From the IMG/VR virus record IMGVR_UViG_3300017913_002205, positions 1-39,847 of that record: DNA of 39,847 bases; one strand, written 5' to 3'. The notes under the pieces were generated by a model, which ran no database searches, was not told where the DNA came from, and saw only the letters and a program-made list of their open reading frames with translations. Shown here piece by piece: positions 1 through 10,197 of this stretch. The translations under genes were made by a program, and so were the position numbers. Source of the stretch: a virus. Taxonomy: Duplodnaviria > Caudoviricetes. Position 1 is the first letter of the stretch, and every line of letters starts with the position of its first letter.

Positions 1-610
1 AAGATACTTTTTTAACATTACCTTTTTTACTCTTAACATAGACGTAGAATTTTTTACTTCCGCCTCTTTTAGGTTTGTTAAGTTGTACTTTTTTACCTCT
101 GTATTCTGCTTCAGGAATATAATCAACTGAAGCTTTCAGCATATCAAACCCAGAATGGTCAAAAGTTTCATTTTGAATTTGTACTGCTTTTCTAAACTTA
201 TCCATATTAATTGAAGCACCGATAGACTCTACAAGCTCTTTTATTAAATCAAAGTCAATCATTTCATCAATAGAACTAGCTTCATCGATAGTATTTTCAT
301 CTTCAATCATCTCATCAATCAAACAGCCAATTTCAAATAAAGGATTACGTTGAGGTGAAACCATCGGTAAATCTAAAGGTACTCTCATACCATTGTAATC
401 TCCATACTCTCCGATATCGGTAGTCTCTAACAATTCAATATCTTCTTCGTTTAACTCGATATCACCGTTTCTATGAGCTTCTCTTGCTTCGGCAAATAAT
501 TGTATAAAAGCGTCAGAGGAGTAACGGTAGATATTCTCAGATAAAGTGAGATTGTTATCTAAATGATATTGTAGTGATGGTAGACCGACAATTTGTTTAA
601 GCTGTATCAT
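1..610 (-). CDS. Phage hypothetical protein, truncated at the window edge (probably late/virion-associated)
   Basis: Hand translation from ATG at 610 gives MIQLKQIVGLPSLQYHLDNN...EAEYRGKKVQLNKPKRGGSKKFYVYVKSKKGNVKKVS, open to position 1. The start overlaps the end of 597..1037. The basic C-terminal motif resembles one I recall from marine myovirus hypotheticals. Confidence 0.8.
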   Translation of the reverse strand, partial: MIQLKQIVGLPSLQYHLDNNLTLSENIYRYSSDAFIQLFAEAREAHRNGDIELNEEDIELLETTDIGEYGDYNGMRVPLDLPMVSPQRNPLFEIGCLIDEMIEDENTIDEASSIDEMIDFDLIKELVESIGASINMDKFRKAVQIQNETFDHSGFDMLKASVDYIPEAEYRGKKVQLNKPKRGGSKKFYVYVKSKKGNVKKVS

Positions 611-1037
611 GGATAAAGTCTTTTCTATAAAATTTACCTAGAATGTTATCGTTAATATAGTTATCACGATTCTCTAGGACTTCATTTATAAATAGGTATT
701 TACATTCAAAATATGTTAGCTCTTTCTTTGTCTTACATATTACAAGAATCTTTCTTTCAAAATCTGTAAGTTTTGATTCGGTTAAGAGTTCTTTTATCTT
801 TGGATGAGAACCGTGGTATGTTTTCCAATCTGATTCTTTTGTAACCTTTCTTTTACGTTTTTGTCCTTTCAAAGGAGGTAACGTTCTATTAAAGTGTAGG
901 ACTTTTTTACCTATGTATCTTAGGCCGGTAGGTATATGTCTGACTTCGTAAATAAAGCCATGAGTACCTTCAGGAAAGTCTGAAAGTTCGTTGTATATCC
1001 TACCCTGGTAAGTCCAGGTAGGGTTAGTCATTATCAT
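597..1037 (-). CDS. GIY-YIG nuclease-family protein
   Basis: GFIY...RYIGKK bipartite motif, DWKTYHGS, and a downstream conserved E (YFECK). Confidence 0.7.
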   Translation of the reverse strand: MIMTNPTWTYQGRIYNELSDFPEGTHGFIYEVRHIPTGLRYIGKKVLHFNRTLPPLKGQKRKRKVTKESDWKTYHGSHPKIKELLTESKLTDFERKILVICKTKKELTYFECKYLFINEVLENRDNYINDNILGKFYRKDFIHDTA

Positions 1038-1055
1038 ATGGTTTGGTTTGTGTCG

Positions 1056-2510
1056 CTAGAGCTTTGATTTTAGCTCATCAATCTGTAACTGCTGTTCCTT
1101 GATTGCTTGTATTAGTAACGCGACTATTTTCTCATAACGTACTGCTAAAAAGCCATTTTTTCTTTGTGCCACTACTTCTGGCAGCACTGCTTCGATTTCT
1201 TGAGCGATAACACCAACATCGTGACCGCTATGCTCAGAATCACTATTCCAATCAAATTCATATCCTCCTATTTGATTTATTTTATCTAATGCACTTGCTA
1301 TTGGAGTTACATTATCTTTTAATCTTTCATCAGAAGTTGCAAATGCTATAATATCTCCTGAAGCAGATATTAGTCCATCGACAAACATATCACCACTAGC
1401 GGTAAAACTACCACTGAAATGAGCTGAACCTGTTAAGGTAACGTCCCCATCTAGCACTACATTTCCAGCTCCTGATATATTATTGCCAGCTAAATCTAAA
1501 TCTCCTCCTAACTGAGGTGTAGTATCTTCTACTACGTTCTGTATACCTGTACCAGCAACTGCTGATGCAATTGAAGCTGAAACGTTTGCAATGTCGGGTA
1601 ATGCAAGTATACCGTTGATATTTGTTGAACCTGTTACAACTAAACTTCCGCTTATTACCTGACTACCTGTAAAGGCATTACTTGCAGTGACAGCATATGA
1701 ACCTGTAACTATGGTCAACGATTCAATGCCAGTCTCATTAGTCGTCACTCTAGTGGAAAAACTTGAGCTGAGTTGATTTGAGGAACCACTAATATCATTG
1801 CCAATTTGTAAAGAACTACTTAACAGGCCTGAACCTGTTGTAACTTGAGTAGATGATGAAATAATACCTGCATTTAAAGCACCAATTGCATCATTTGAAA
1901 GTGAACCGGAAATATCATCTGCCAATTGTGCTGAAGATGAAATAACTCCATTATCAGCATTAACAGTACCGTTAAAGCTCCCTGTGTACCCATTGGATGC
2001 AGTAAAGTTAGTACCTTGTATTTTACCGTTGGATTGGAATTGTCCACCGTTTTGAAATATACTACCGGTAAACCTATGTGTATCGTCAAGAGTATTACCA
2101 TTAATGGTTGAACCAGAAGAAAATAAAATAGATGAACTGACTGTTACTGTTTCGAATTGATTAGCAGTTAAAGTACCGCTTACAATAAGATCACCTTCAA
2201 ACTCACCAGAACCAGAAACTGATAAATGGTTAGAAGCAAAGTTATATTGAAAATTGTTAGATGATGTAAAAAACGAAGATGAAATATTATCTGAACCAGA
2301 TTTTATTTGAATGTTATAATGTTCACCAACTGCTGTGGGTAAGTTGACAACTTGTTCAAAATCTGCAGATCTAGAAGTAAAAAATGATAGAGCATATGGG
2401 TTCGTAGATGAACCCTTGAATGAAGACGAATAGTAAAATTGTCTAAAATTCTGATCTAACTCATCATGAGTAAGTGGTGCTCCTTTATTTCCTCTTAACG
2501 TAATAGCCAT
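1056..2510 (-). CDS. Tail fibre protein with C-terminal peptidase S74 intramolecular chaperone
   Basis: SDERLKDNV autocleavage motif, GVIAQEIEAVLPEVV, VRYEKIVALLIQAIKEQQLQIDELK coiled coil, Gly/Ser/Thr-rich shaft. Confidence 0.85.
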   Translation of the reverse strand: MAITLRGNKGAPLTHDELDQNFRQFYYSSSFKGSSTNPYALSFFTSRSADFEQVVNLPTAVGEHYNIQIKSGSDNISSSFFTSSNNFQYNFASNHLSVSGSGEFEGDLIVSGTLTANQFETVTVSSSILFSSGSTINGNTLDDTHRFTGSIFQNGGQFQSNGKIQGTNFTASNGYTGSFNGTVNADNGVISSSAQLADDISGSLSNDAIGALNAGIISSSTQVTTGSGLLSSSLQIGNDISGSSNQLSSSFSTRVTTNETGIESLTIVTGSYAVTASNAFTGSQVISGSLVVTGSTNINGILALPDIANVSASIASAVAGTGIQNVVEDTTPQLGGDLDLAGNNISGAGNVVLDGDVTLTGSAHFSGSFTASGDMFVDGLISASGDIIAFATSDERLKDNVTPIASALDKINQIGGYEFDWNSDSEHSGHDVGVIAQEIEAVLPEVVAQRKNGFLAVRYEKIVALLIQAIKEQQLQIDELKSKL

Positions 2511-2511
2511 C

Positions 2512-3153
2512 TTATCTGTTTTCTAATTCTTCGACTCTGTCTTTTAATTCTTTTATTGCTTCAATTAAGACAGGTACTATACCAGAGTAATTAACATTAA
2601 GATAGCCATTATTATCTTCAGAAACAACTTCTGGAAGTATTTCTTTTATGTCTTGTGCAATTACTCCGATATCTTCTTTATCGTCACTTTTCCATTTGAA
2701 ATAAACTCCTTCTAAATGGTCTACTTTAGAAAGTGCGTCATCAACTGGTGTTATATCTTTTTTAAGTCTTTCATCTGAACCTTGTAGTACGGTACCAGAA
2801 GCTCTTATACTACCCGATACGTCTAATGCGTATGATAATGGTAAGTTACTTTCGTTTATTCTTATACCAACACTACCTGTTTCATCTACCACAAAACCTT
2901 GTTCTGTTACAATTGTAGAAGAACCTGAAAATAAAGCTACTCTCCTATCGGAACCAGCATTCGACAATCCTTCAATAAGTGAATAACTTACTGAACCTGA
3001 GTTCACTGGTACATCTGGGCTACCGGTATAGTGCAGTACTATATTTTGACCATTACCGGATAGTGAACTAGAATAGAAAAATGAACCGAAATTTCTGTCC
3101 ATTTCTGCATACGTTAATCCTGATCCTTTATTTGCTCTAAATGTTATCGACAT
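2512..3153 (-). CDS. Short tail fibre protein with peptidase S74 chaperone
   Basis: SDERLKKDI, GVIAQDIKEILPEVV, VNYSGIVPVLIEAIKELK. The N-terminus is paralogous to that of 1056..2510. Confidence 0.85.
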   Translation of the reverse strand: MSITFRANKGSGLTYAEMDRNFGSFFYSSSLSGNGQNIVLHYTGSPDVPVNSGSVSYSLIEGLSNAGSDRRVALFSGSSTIVTEQGFVVDETGSVGIRINESNLPLSYALDVSGSIRASGTVLQGSDERLKKDITPVDDALSKVDHLEGVYFKWKSDDKEDIGVIAQDIKEILPEVVSEDNNGYLNVNYSGIVPVLIEAIKELKDRVEELENR

Positions 3154-4214
3154 TATACATCAATTTTTACAACAAACGTCATATCCACATTTTCAGATTT
3201 TGGAATTGGTTTGTTAGTTTTTGCAACTGCTAACAATTCGTTAGCTTCATTATATAATCCTATACTTGTAATATAAGGTCTAAAATTACTTGCTGTAATA
3301 TTACTTCTAACCGTGTTATCTGATCCTGTCAAAGCAGATGGGTTAAATGTATGGTTAAGTTCTGATTCCTTTATAGTACAGTGTACATTATATGTATAAA
3401 TAGGTAGGTTTGATTTCCACTGACAGTTTAGTCTAGCGTATGTAGAATAGTATCTAGCAACGATAGGATCAGTAATAACTGCATTACCTTGGTTATAAAT
3501 TATATCTCCCACAAATCTTTCTGGTAAAGAAAATGCTGCTCCAGCTCCTGATAAAATTAACCTACCTTGACCGTCATCTACTATTTCAGGTCTTTGGAAG
3601 TCAAAACTAGCAGTCATATACTCTCCTGCTGAACCTGTTTCGATCACGTAGTCACTTTCCTCTACTAAGTAACTTCCAGTATCTATAGGAGAAGATTTAT
3701 ACCAATACTCTATATCTTCAACGTATTGATTTTGTCCACTATCTGGGTCAATGGCATAACTATTGGACATAAACCTATCGATATTTTCAAAGATAGGTTC
3801 TGCAACAAAAGTACCAGGTACTATTTTAGTACCGTAAACATCTTTAGGAATTGAAATAATACCAACTTCAGTAGTATCTTTTCTTGATTGAGAAAGAGTC
3901 AGTGTAGTTTGAAAACTTACATCATGAGAACCTGTGTAGTAGATATCACCATTAGCATGACTTGAAGAACCCGGGTAAAGATCTCTATTTGATAAAGCTA
4001 AATAGTTTTGTCTTGCACTATTGTAAACAAGTTTTTCGTACCTATTATTACGGTAATCTTGAGGGTAAGGATAACCAGGTGTAGAACCAGAAAAACCTCG
4101 AAGTGTTTCAATACCGTAGGTATCGACTAGACTACCAGATGCTCTCCAACTTTTTTGAGCCTCGTAATCTGAAACATAAACATCCTGTCGGTTTAATTGC
4201 TTGAAAGCGCTCAT
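3153..4214 (-). CDS. Virion structural protein (baseplate/fibre-attachment-like)
   Basis: C-terminal YITSIGLYNEANELLAVAK...PIPKS motif shared with 4218..5240, tail-module position. Confidence 0.65.
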   Translation of the reverse strand: MSAFKQLNRQDVYVSDYEAQKSWRASGSLVDTYGIETLRGFSGSTPGYPYPQDYRNNRYEKLVYNSARQNYLALSNRDLYPGSSSHANGDIYYTGSHDVSFQTTLTLSQSRKDTTEVGIISIPKDVYGTKIVPGTFVAEPIFENIDRFMSNSYAIDPDSGQNQYVEDIEYWYKSSPIDTGSYLVEESDYVIETGSAGEYMTASFDFQRPEIVDDGQGRLILSGAGAAFSLPERFVGDIIYNQGNAVITDPIVARYYSTYARLNCQWKSNLPIYTYNVHCTIKESELNHTFNPSALTGSDNTVRSNITASNFRPYITSIGLYNEANELLAVAKTNKPIPKSENVDMTFVVKIDV

Positions 4215-4217
4215 TCA

Positions 4218-5240
4218 TTAATAGTCAAGCTTGATTCTTACTAAAGCCTCTTTTGTGAAATCTTTTAATAAAGGTCTTGATAATTTAGCAACTGCAAGTA
4301 AGTCGTTATTATCATTGTACAATCCAACTGCTGTAATATAAGATTGAGGAGTGTTAATCATTACGTTATGTCTTAACTCACCAGAACCTGTAATCAAAGA
4401 TGGGTTTGTAGAGTAATTAAACTCACTATTTCTTGCTCTTACAAACACAAAGTTAGAAGTAATTGTCTCTTCTGATTGTATTCTAAAGCTACCACTTAAT
4501 GTAAGTAAGTCATAAAACTTACCTGGGTTAGCTCCTGCAGTGTTTGCAGTTCTTGTTGTTCCTAATGCTAGTCCTCCTGATACAGCTGGTGCATCTAAAG
4601 CATTACCGTTAATTAAAAGTACTCCAATGTCTGGTAGTAATTTACCGTATGAACCAGAGTTACCGGTGTACCCATTTGTGTCCATACCTGTATAAACAGA
4701 TCCTAACGATCCTGATACTAATTCAAATACTCTACCTGCATCAGAAAAAGTGGTAGTGGTAACAACCTGACTATTATCGGTTAAAGTAATTTCTTCTCCA
4801 CTAGAAGATACATGTAACTTAAACGTTAGTGTACCTGGTAGTAAAGCTTCTTTATATCTTGCTCTATCGATTGAAATAGCATAAAAATGTTCAGATGTTA
4901 TTGTACCAAAAGTAAAATCTGTTTCTTCATCACCTTGAACTAGGTTCCTATATTGACCATAAATTGTCTGTGAAGGGGATGAACTTGTTACCGAACTGTT
5001 AAAGTATAGTGAACCACTACCTACTTTATCTGCATAAGCAATAGAAAACTGCACTCTTGCAGTATCTAAAGCAGATGCTGTTTGGTATATATCGTAGTAG
5101 TAATCCGCAGAAGTACCTCCAATCTGTGTAGATGAGGTAAAAAATGTTGTTAAAGTTGTCTGGTCACCTGACCAAACTGGAGCAGTTACTGACTCGGCAC
5201 TAACTACTACATCTTCTAGATCAAATCTTTTATATGACAT
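4218..5240 (-). CDS. Virion structural protein, paralog of 3153..4214
   Basis: C-terminal YITAVGLYNDNNDLLAVAKLSRPLLKD, similar N-terminus (MSYKRFDLEDVVVS vs MSAFKQLNRQDVYVS). Confidence 0.65.
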   Translation of the reverse strand: MSYKRFDLEDVVVSAESVTAPVWSGDQTTLTTFFTSSTQIGGTSADYYYDIYQTASALDTARVQFSIAYADKVGSGSLYFNSSVTSSSPSQTIYGQYRNLVQGDEETDFTFGTITSEHFYAISIDRARYKEALLPGTLTFKLHVSSSGEEITLTDNSQVVTTTTFSDAGRVFELVSGSLGSVYTGMDTNGYTGNSGSYGKLLPDIGVLLINGNALDAPAVSGGLALGTTRTANTAGANPGKFYDLLTLSGSFRIQSEETITSNFVFVRARNSEFNYSTNPSLITGSGELRHNVMINTPQSYITAVGLYNDNNDLLAVAKLSRPLLKDFTKEALVRIKLDY

Positions 5241-5242
5241 TA

Positions 5243-5899
5243 TTAGTTAGTTTTAGTAATTGTTACTGGAATCGTTAATCTTGCACCAGAACCTCTTCCT
5301 ATTACCGTTAGTGTAGTGTTTAACTGTGTTCTTGAACCAAACAGTGTGTTAACTGAAGTTGCTGTTAAGTTAATTGAAGTACCTATTACTGTTTTAGATA
5401 CGTTTGTACCAATCGTAGTACCTTCATTTAATCTTCCTGCTTCTTCAGTATTAATACCTACACCGGCAAATGAATTTAATGTTCTTACATCTGCAATAGT
5501 AGCAGTGTAACCATCAGTTTCAAATACAGAAGTAGCACCTAAGTAATTAAGCGTTTCAGGGGTAATTGCTAATGATGCTCCTTGTTTGAGTGTAATAGAA
5601 GAAAGTCCTAAACTTAGTACCGGTAACTTAGAAGTACCTCTAGGTAGAGTAGTAAGTTTATATTTCATTATTTGAGTTTCATCTGGAAATGCTTCTAATA
5701 ACGGCATGTTTTCGATAGCTTCTCCGTAGAAAGCAGAACCTGAGGGATGTGATGGATTGTATAAGGTGTAGTCGATCTCGTCATCTGCTAATGCAAACTG
5801 AGTGATTTTAAAAGAACCGTCCCCTCTAGCTAACAGCTCTCTTCCTTTTTTAGTTAAGATCGCATCCACCGTCACGATCGAATTATCTAAATATCCCAT
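5243..5899 (-). CDS. Conserved virion structural protein (tail/baseplate region)
   Basis: VDAILTKKGRELLA...ITQFALADDEIDY resembles N-terminal motifs of tail-fibre-attachment proteins. Preceded by the late-type motif. Confidence 0.6.
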   Translation of the reverse strand: MGYLDNSIVTVDAILTKKGRELLARGDGSFKITQFALADDEIDYTLYNPSHPSGSAFYGEAIENMPLLEAFPDETQIMKYKLTTLPRGTSKLPVLSLGLSSITLKQGASLAITPETLNYLGATSVFETDGYTATIADVRTLNSFAGVGINTEEAGRLNEGTTIGTNVSKTVIGTSINLTATSVNTLFGSRTQLNTTLTVIGRGSGARLTIPVTITKTN

Positions 5900-5917
5900 T
5901 TTAGTTTGTGTGTTTTA

Positions 5918-5925
5918 TATAAATA
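5918..5925 (-). promoter_or_regulatory. Putative late promoter core TATTTATA
   Basis: Lies in a short intergenic gap upstream of a structural gene. The same motif recurs before several other genes. Confidence 0.5.
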
Positions 5926-5938
5926 TATGTAAAAATTA

Positions 5939-6904
5939 TTATTCAACAAGAGTAACACCTCCGAGGTTGTTAGTAGTAAACACTTCATCAGTGTCGATTG
6001 AATAAATTTTATTATTGGTTAATTTAAATGTTTTGTTACCATCTAGACCGAAAAGAGAACTTCCTGATTTTGGGAATGATGGAAATATTTTATTAGGGTG
6101 AGAACCAGATAACTCACTGTTAAATAATATTTCCACTACTTCTCTATCTGCATTAAGAATATCTTTTATGGCAGTTGTATCTGCATCACTAGCATGAACA
6201 CTACCTTCGAATGTTACTAAGTTTGCAGCTGGATCATTTGCTGCAATCGAACCTGTAAGTATCTCCTGAGTAAGTAAACTTTTATTGTACTGTCTTGATA
6301 TTGGACCGGCAGGTGTTGTTTTACTTCCGTTATACCTACTGTTTATGATTCCTGCTTTAGTGTACGAACATTGTTGCAATTCAGCATCAGTAGCTGATCC
6401 AGAGTTTATTGCTTCTAAATTTGTAGGGTTAAACTGACTGGTGTTCCTATCTACTTTTTGAGCATATGGATTTACTTTACTACCTTCTGAATTATTGTTT
6501 AAAGGGTTGTAGGAACTGTTATTAAAGTCTAGATTAACGTAAGGTACAAATACTGCAGATGAACTTTCATATAACGGGTTACCTCCGAAGTCAACAGATG
6601 AAGGTAAAGTGTTGGTCACTATTTCTTTTACAGTAAAGTAGTAATATTCGTTTCTTTGTTGTCTACCTGTTATTTCAGCTGATAGTTGACCTGTTGGGTA
6701 ATCAAATCTAAATGTTTCGACTTCTCTTAATGCATCACCAACATTCTTTCCGTTGAGTGACGTAAATGGAATAGATAAACCTTGAATGTGAAAAGGTGCA
6801 ATTGGAGTATCATCAGACCCAGACACACTGCTACTGTATAGCAAGTTTAAATTTCCTTGTCCAAATGATTGCGGTCTAGCTTCTATAAATTCCTGTAAAG
6901 TCAT
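5939..6904 (-). CDS. Hypothetical virion protein
   Basis: 321-aa Ser-rich ORF, tightly packed in the structural module. Confidence 0.6.
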   Translation of the reverse strand: MTLQEFIEARPQSFGQGNLNLLYSSSVSGSDDTPIAPFHIQGLSIPFTSLNGKNVGDALREVETFRFDYPTGQLSAEITGRQQRNEYYYFTVKEIVTNTLPSSVDFGGNPLYESSSAVFVPYVNLDFNNSSYNPLNNNSEGSKVNPYAQKVDRNTSQFNPTNLEAINSGSATDAELQQCSYTKAGIINSRYNGSKTTPAGPISRQYNKSLLTQEILTGSIAANDPAANLVTFEGSVHASDADTTAIKDILNADREVVEILFNSELSGSHPNKIFPSFPKSGSSLFGLDGNKTFKLTNNKIYSIDTDEVFTTNNLGGVTLVE

Positions 6905-6906
6905 AA

Positions 6907-9849
6907 TTAATCAAATACTGCATAGTAATCATTTCCGTAACTACTTTCATTTTCATAATAGATAGTTAAGTTTGTATCTGTCGTTATTCTATTTGCAACA
7001 CTTCCTGTAGGGAATTGAGTATACCAACCTAAAAATGCGTTTGTATAATTTTCTACTGCTTCAAGTGTAAAGAACTCGTAAACGTCAAAGTCATGAGAAA
7101 AATGTACTGCGTCTAAACTAACTGCTCCAACTGTTGGGTAGGTTAACTGAATTGAACCTGATATACTATCACCCTCACTGCCGGTAGAATAAGCATGGAA
7201 CATTTCTCCTGCATACGAAGCCGATAATGCTACAACACAAGCTGCTGGTAAAGGTAATGATAAGTTAAATAATGTTATATCAAAAGTAACACCTGGTTGT
7301 GCTAAAGCAACAAATGGGTTGTTTGAACCCACCTCACCGTCAGTGGATATCATTAAAGAACCTGAAAATTCTCCGTTAAACATTGGAGATTCGTCAGTGA
7401 CATTACGAGTAGCTGAACCTAGTGGTGTTACAATACTTTGACTGTAGTTGGTGGAGTAGTTAAAACTTGATGATAAATCATACAAACCACCTTGGCTACC
7501 AGTAACTGTAGCTACTGATATTGACTGTGAGTATTCTCTTTGTTGTATCGAACCGGATACCTGTTTAGCTTTACTACGGTGTAACTTATGAGATTGAATG
7601 ATCACACCGGTATTTACTTTAGCTCTCGCAGGTAAAAACTGCTTTAACGTCCTAAATAAGGAGCTGTCTAGATAGTTAAGGAGTCTTACAAAAGCTTTAG
7701 TACTTTTAGAATAAACTAGAATATCATTCCAATTAAAGTTAGCATTTTGCCACTCATCTAATATGTCCTCCCAATTCCAACTACCTGCTGTTACTAACCT
7801 ACCTTCTTTATCTAAACGTTCATATTTGGTAGTAAATCTATCTCTAGGATCACCAATCCATTCGTCTAAGTCAAAACTACTTGATACTGTAGCATCAATA
7901 AAATCATTGGTAGCTTTAGACATATCAAACCCAACATCAATACGGTGAGTATCATCTGTGTACTGTTTGTCTTTGTTTTCAATACTGGTATATAGTGAAA
8001 GAGTGCTGCCGGTGACTAAACTACCTGTGTTGGTTAATCTAATTTTTTCTGTACTACCGGTTGTTGTACTATACTCAGGTCCGAAAAATTTAGAACTTGA
8101 AATAATATTACCACCATATTGACGGATAGTAAGTAAGTTATCAGGTAACCCGTAACAATTTATAAGAGCCCTTAAACCTCTTTCCGTACCTTTTGTTTTC
8201 ATCAAGTACGGTAAGTTATGGTAAAGTCTCTTTTGTATCTCCTTTTGGTAATCGTTTTTAGGTACCGGTTGTAAATGTTCTAATGCTGTACTACCTGAGT
8301 TGTATGAGGCAGATGTAGCAACAGACATTGATGTAATTACTTCACTGCCGGTTATAATACCTTCACCTACAAATTGTGAAAATATATTATCGGTGTTTTG
8401 ATTACCAGTGAATAACTTTACACCGAACGACTCAATTGCATCTTTAACTAAGTCTTTTGAAATACCGAAATCTAATCTGTTATCAGAATCGTATTTATCT
8501 GATACTGATTTAAAGTAAATCCATAGATTGTCAAAGTGTTGAGCAATCATATGGGTGAACATAATATATGGTTCGTTACTAGCGTCTTCTCTTATGAACT
8601 TTGGTACGGTGTTAGTAAGTAAATCGAAGTTAGTATTATCGTAATTTGATGCAGATAATACGTTATCGGTAAACCAACCAGATGCACTAGTGTGGGAACT
8701 AGCGTAATTTATAAAAGGCTTTGTGGTATTAGATTTAGGCCATGAATAACTACCACTGCCAAAATAAAGGAAGTTATCATAATGATCAAAATTATCAACT
8801 AAACCATTTATAAGACCTTCGTAGTACTCTTTACTACCAGATACTCCAGAACCAGAATAAGAAGATGATTCTATAGCAGCAATACTAGACTCGTATGAAT
8901 GTATTAAATCTAACTTATACTTAAAGTTCCTTAATCTTTCTTCTACAGAACTAAAATGTGCAAAGTTTGCATAGTCTGTATGATCGATTGACAGTTGAGC
9001 TCCTTTTTCATTGTACAAACTTCTTAGTTCATAGAATGAGTTTGTTACAGGGTAACTAAAAAGGTCAGTGAAAGTAAAAAATTCTGTTGGATTATTTTTA
9101 TCTTCAGCTACTTCAATTGAAAAGTTAGGACCTCTTAATTGTGGTATTTTAAGAACATCTTCTTCTAATTCAGCTTCAACTTCAAAGTAAACACTGTCCG
9201 ATACAACTTCTTCAATATACAATGTAGTATTAACACCATACTGTGAAGGTAAAGGTTTTGCAAGTTTTACTATTACTGCAGTTTCACCATCAGTTACTAA
9301 CGTATCTATGTTAATAACCGATGTAAGGTTGTTGTCTAAGAAGTTAAGTTTGTAATCTGAAAAGAAAGAATTATCGAGAAGTTTATTTCTTAACTCTTTA
9401 GTAATAGAAAGAACCGTTTCAGTGGGTAGTTCAAAAGTAACTAATCTTAATTCTGTTCTGTCACTACTTATTTCTTTGATGAAAAACTTAGATGCTATTT
9501 TTGCATCAGAATATAAATTATCTAAGAAATTATACAATAACCTAACATCACCTCTTTCGTACCCTAAATCCTGTGCATCAAGTGCTGGGTCTAAGTAAAT
9601 ATTAGAAGCACCGTCTTTACCGGCACCTGCTGAATTAAGTAATTGAGAGTACTTAGTAAAGTTTTGATCTGATGATAATAAGTTATTGTCTAAAGAATAA
9701 ACGTGTATCTCTAACTTGCTTGAATCTCTTGAAAAGAGGTTATTGACTGCAAATTTTTCTACAATGTTACTTTGAGATTCAGGTATAGATGACTGCCCTG
9801 TTACTACAGAAGAATCTAACTTATTAATATTGTACTTATAGTTTGCCAC
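6907..9849 (-). CDS. Large baseplate wedge-like protein
   Basis: 980 aa. LMKTKGTERGLRALINCYG resembles the KGT..gl..l motif of T4 gp7/P2 gpI-type baseplate proteins, and it lies near gp6- and gp25-like genes. Confidence 0.55.
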   Translation of the reverse strand: MANYKYNINKLDSSVVTGQSSIPESQSNIVEKFAVNNLFSRDSSKLEIHVYSLDNNLLSSDQNFTKYSQLLNSAGAGKDGASNIYLDPALDAQDLGYERGDVRLLYNFLDNLYSDAKIASKFFIKEISSDRTELRLVTFELPTETVLSITKELRNKLLDNSFFSDYKLNFLDNNLTSVINIDTLVTDGETAVIVKLAKPLPSQYGVNTTLYIEEVVSDSVYFEVEAELEEDVLKIPQLRGPNFSIEVAEDKNNPTEFFTFTDLFSYPVTNSFYELRSLYNEKGAQLSIDHTDYANFAHFSSVEERLRNFKYKLDLIHSYESSIAAIESSSYSGSGVSGSKEYYEGLINGLVDNFDHYDNFLYFGSGSYSWPKSNTTKPFINYASSHTSASGWFTDNVLSASNYDNTNFDLLTNTVPKFIREDASNEPYIMFTHMIAQHFDNLWIYFKSVSDKYDSDNRLDFGISKDLVKDAIESFGVKLFTGNQNTDNIFSQFVGEGIITGSEVITSMSVATSASYNSGSTALEHLQPVPKNDYQKEIQKRLYHNLPYLMKTKGTERGLRALINCYGLPDNLLTIRQYGGNIISSSKFFGPEYSTTTGSTEKIRLTNTGSLVTGSTLSLYTSIENKDKQYTDDTHRIDVGFDMSKATNDFIDATVSSSFDLDEWIGDPRDRFTTKYERLDKEGRLVTAGSWNWEDILDEWQNANFNWNDILVYSKSTKAFVRLLNYLDSSLFRTLKQFLPARAKVNTGVIIQSHKLHRSKAKQVSGSIQQREYSQSISVATVTGSQGGLYDLSSSFNYSTNYSQSIVTPLGSATRNVTDESPMFNGEFSGSLMISTDGEVGSNNPFVALAQPGVTFDITLFNLSLPLPAACVVALSASYAGEMFHAYSTGSEGDSISGSIQLTYPTVGAVSLDAVHFSHDFDVYEFFTLEAVENYTNAFLGWYTQFPTGSVANRITTDTNLTIYYENESSYGNDYYAVFD

Positions 9850-9852
9850 TTA

Positions 9853-10197
9853 CTAAGTAGTTGTTGCAGTTTGTTGAGTTAGCTCAAAAACTTGTTGATT
9901 TAAATTATTATTTTGTTCTCTTAAGTTAGCAATTTCATCTAATAACGGTTGTATATTTTCTGAATCTCTTTCAAAATCTACCAGTTTTGAACTTTCTTCA
10001 ATTAGTGTGGTATGAGAATTGTCTCCTGTAAGAGGTATTTCGTAGTATAACGTTCTATAATTTTCAAAGAACTCAGCTACAGATACACCTGTGTCTTCTT
10101 CAGCAGGTTGTACAAAAGTTGTAAACTTATTATCGACAACTTTATTAAACTGGTCTTTGTCAAAAACCGTTTTTTGTATCTTTATTTCATTAGCCAT
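9853..10197 (-). CDS. Hypothetical protein with C-terminal coiled coil
   Basis: IQPLLDEIANLREQNNNLNQQVFELTQQ heptad pattern, coupled to neighbouring genes. Confidence 0.65.
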   Translation of the reverse strand: MANEIKIQKTVFDKDQFNKVVDNKFTTFVQPAEEDTGVSVAEFFENYRTLYYEIPLTGDNSHTTLIEESSKLVDFERDSENIQPLLDEIANLREQNNNLNQQVFELTQQTATTT

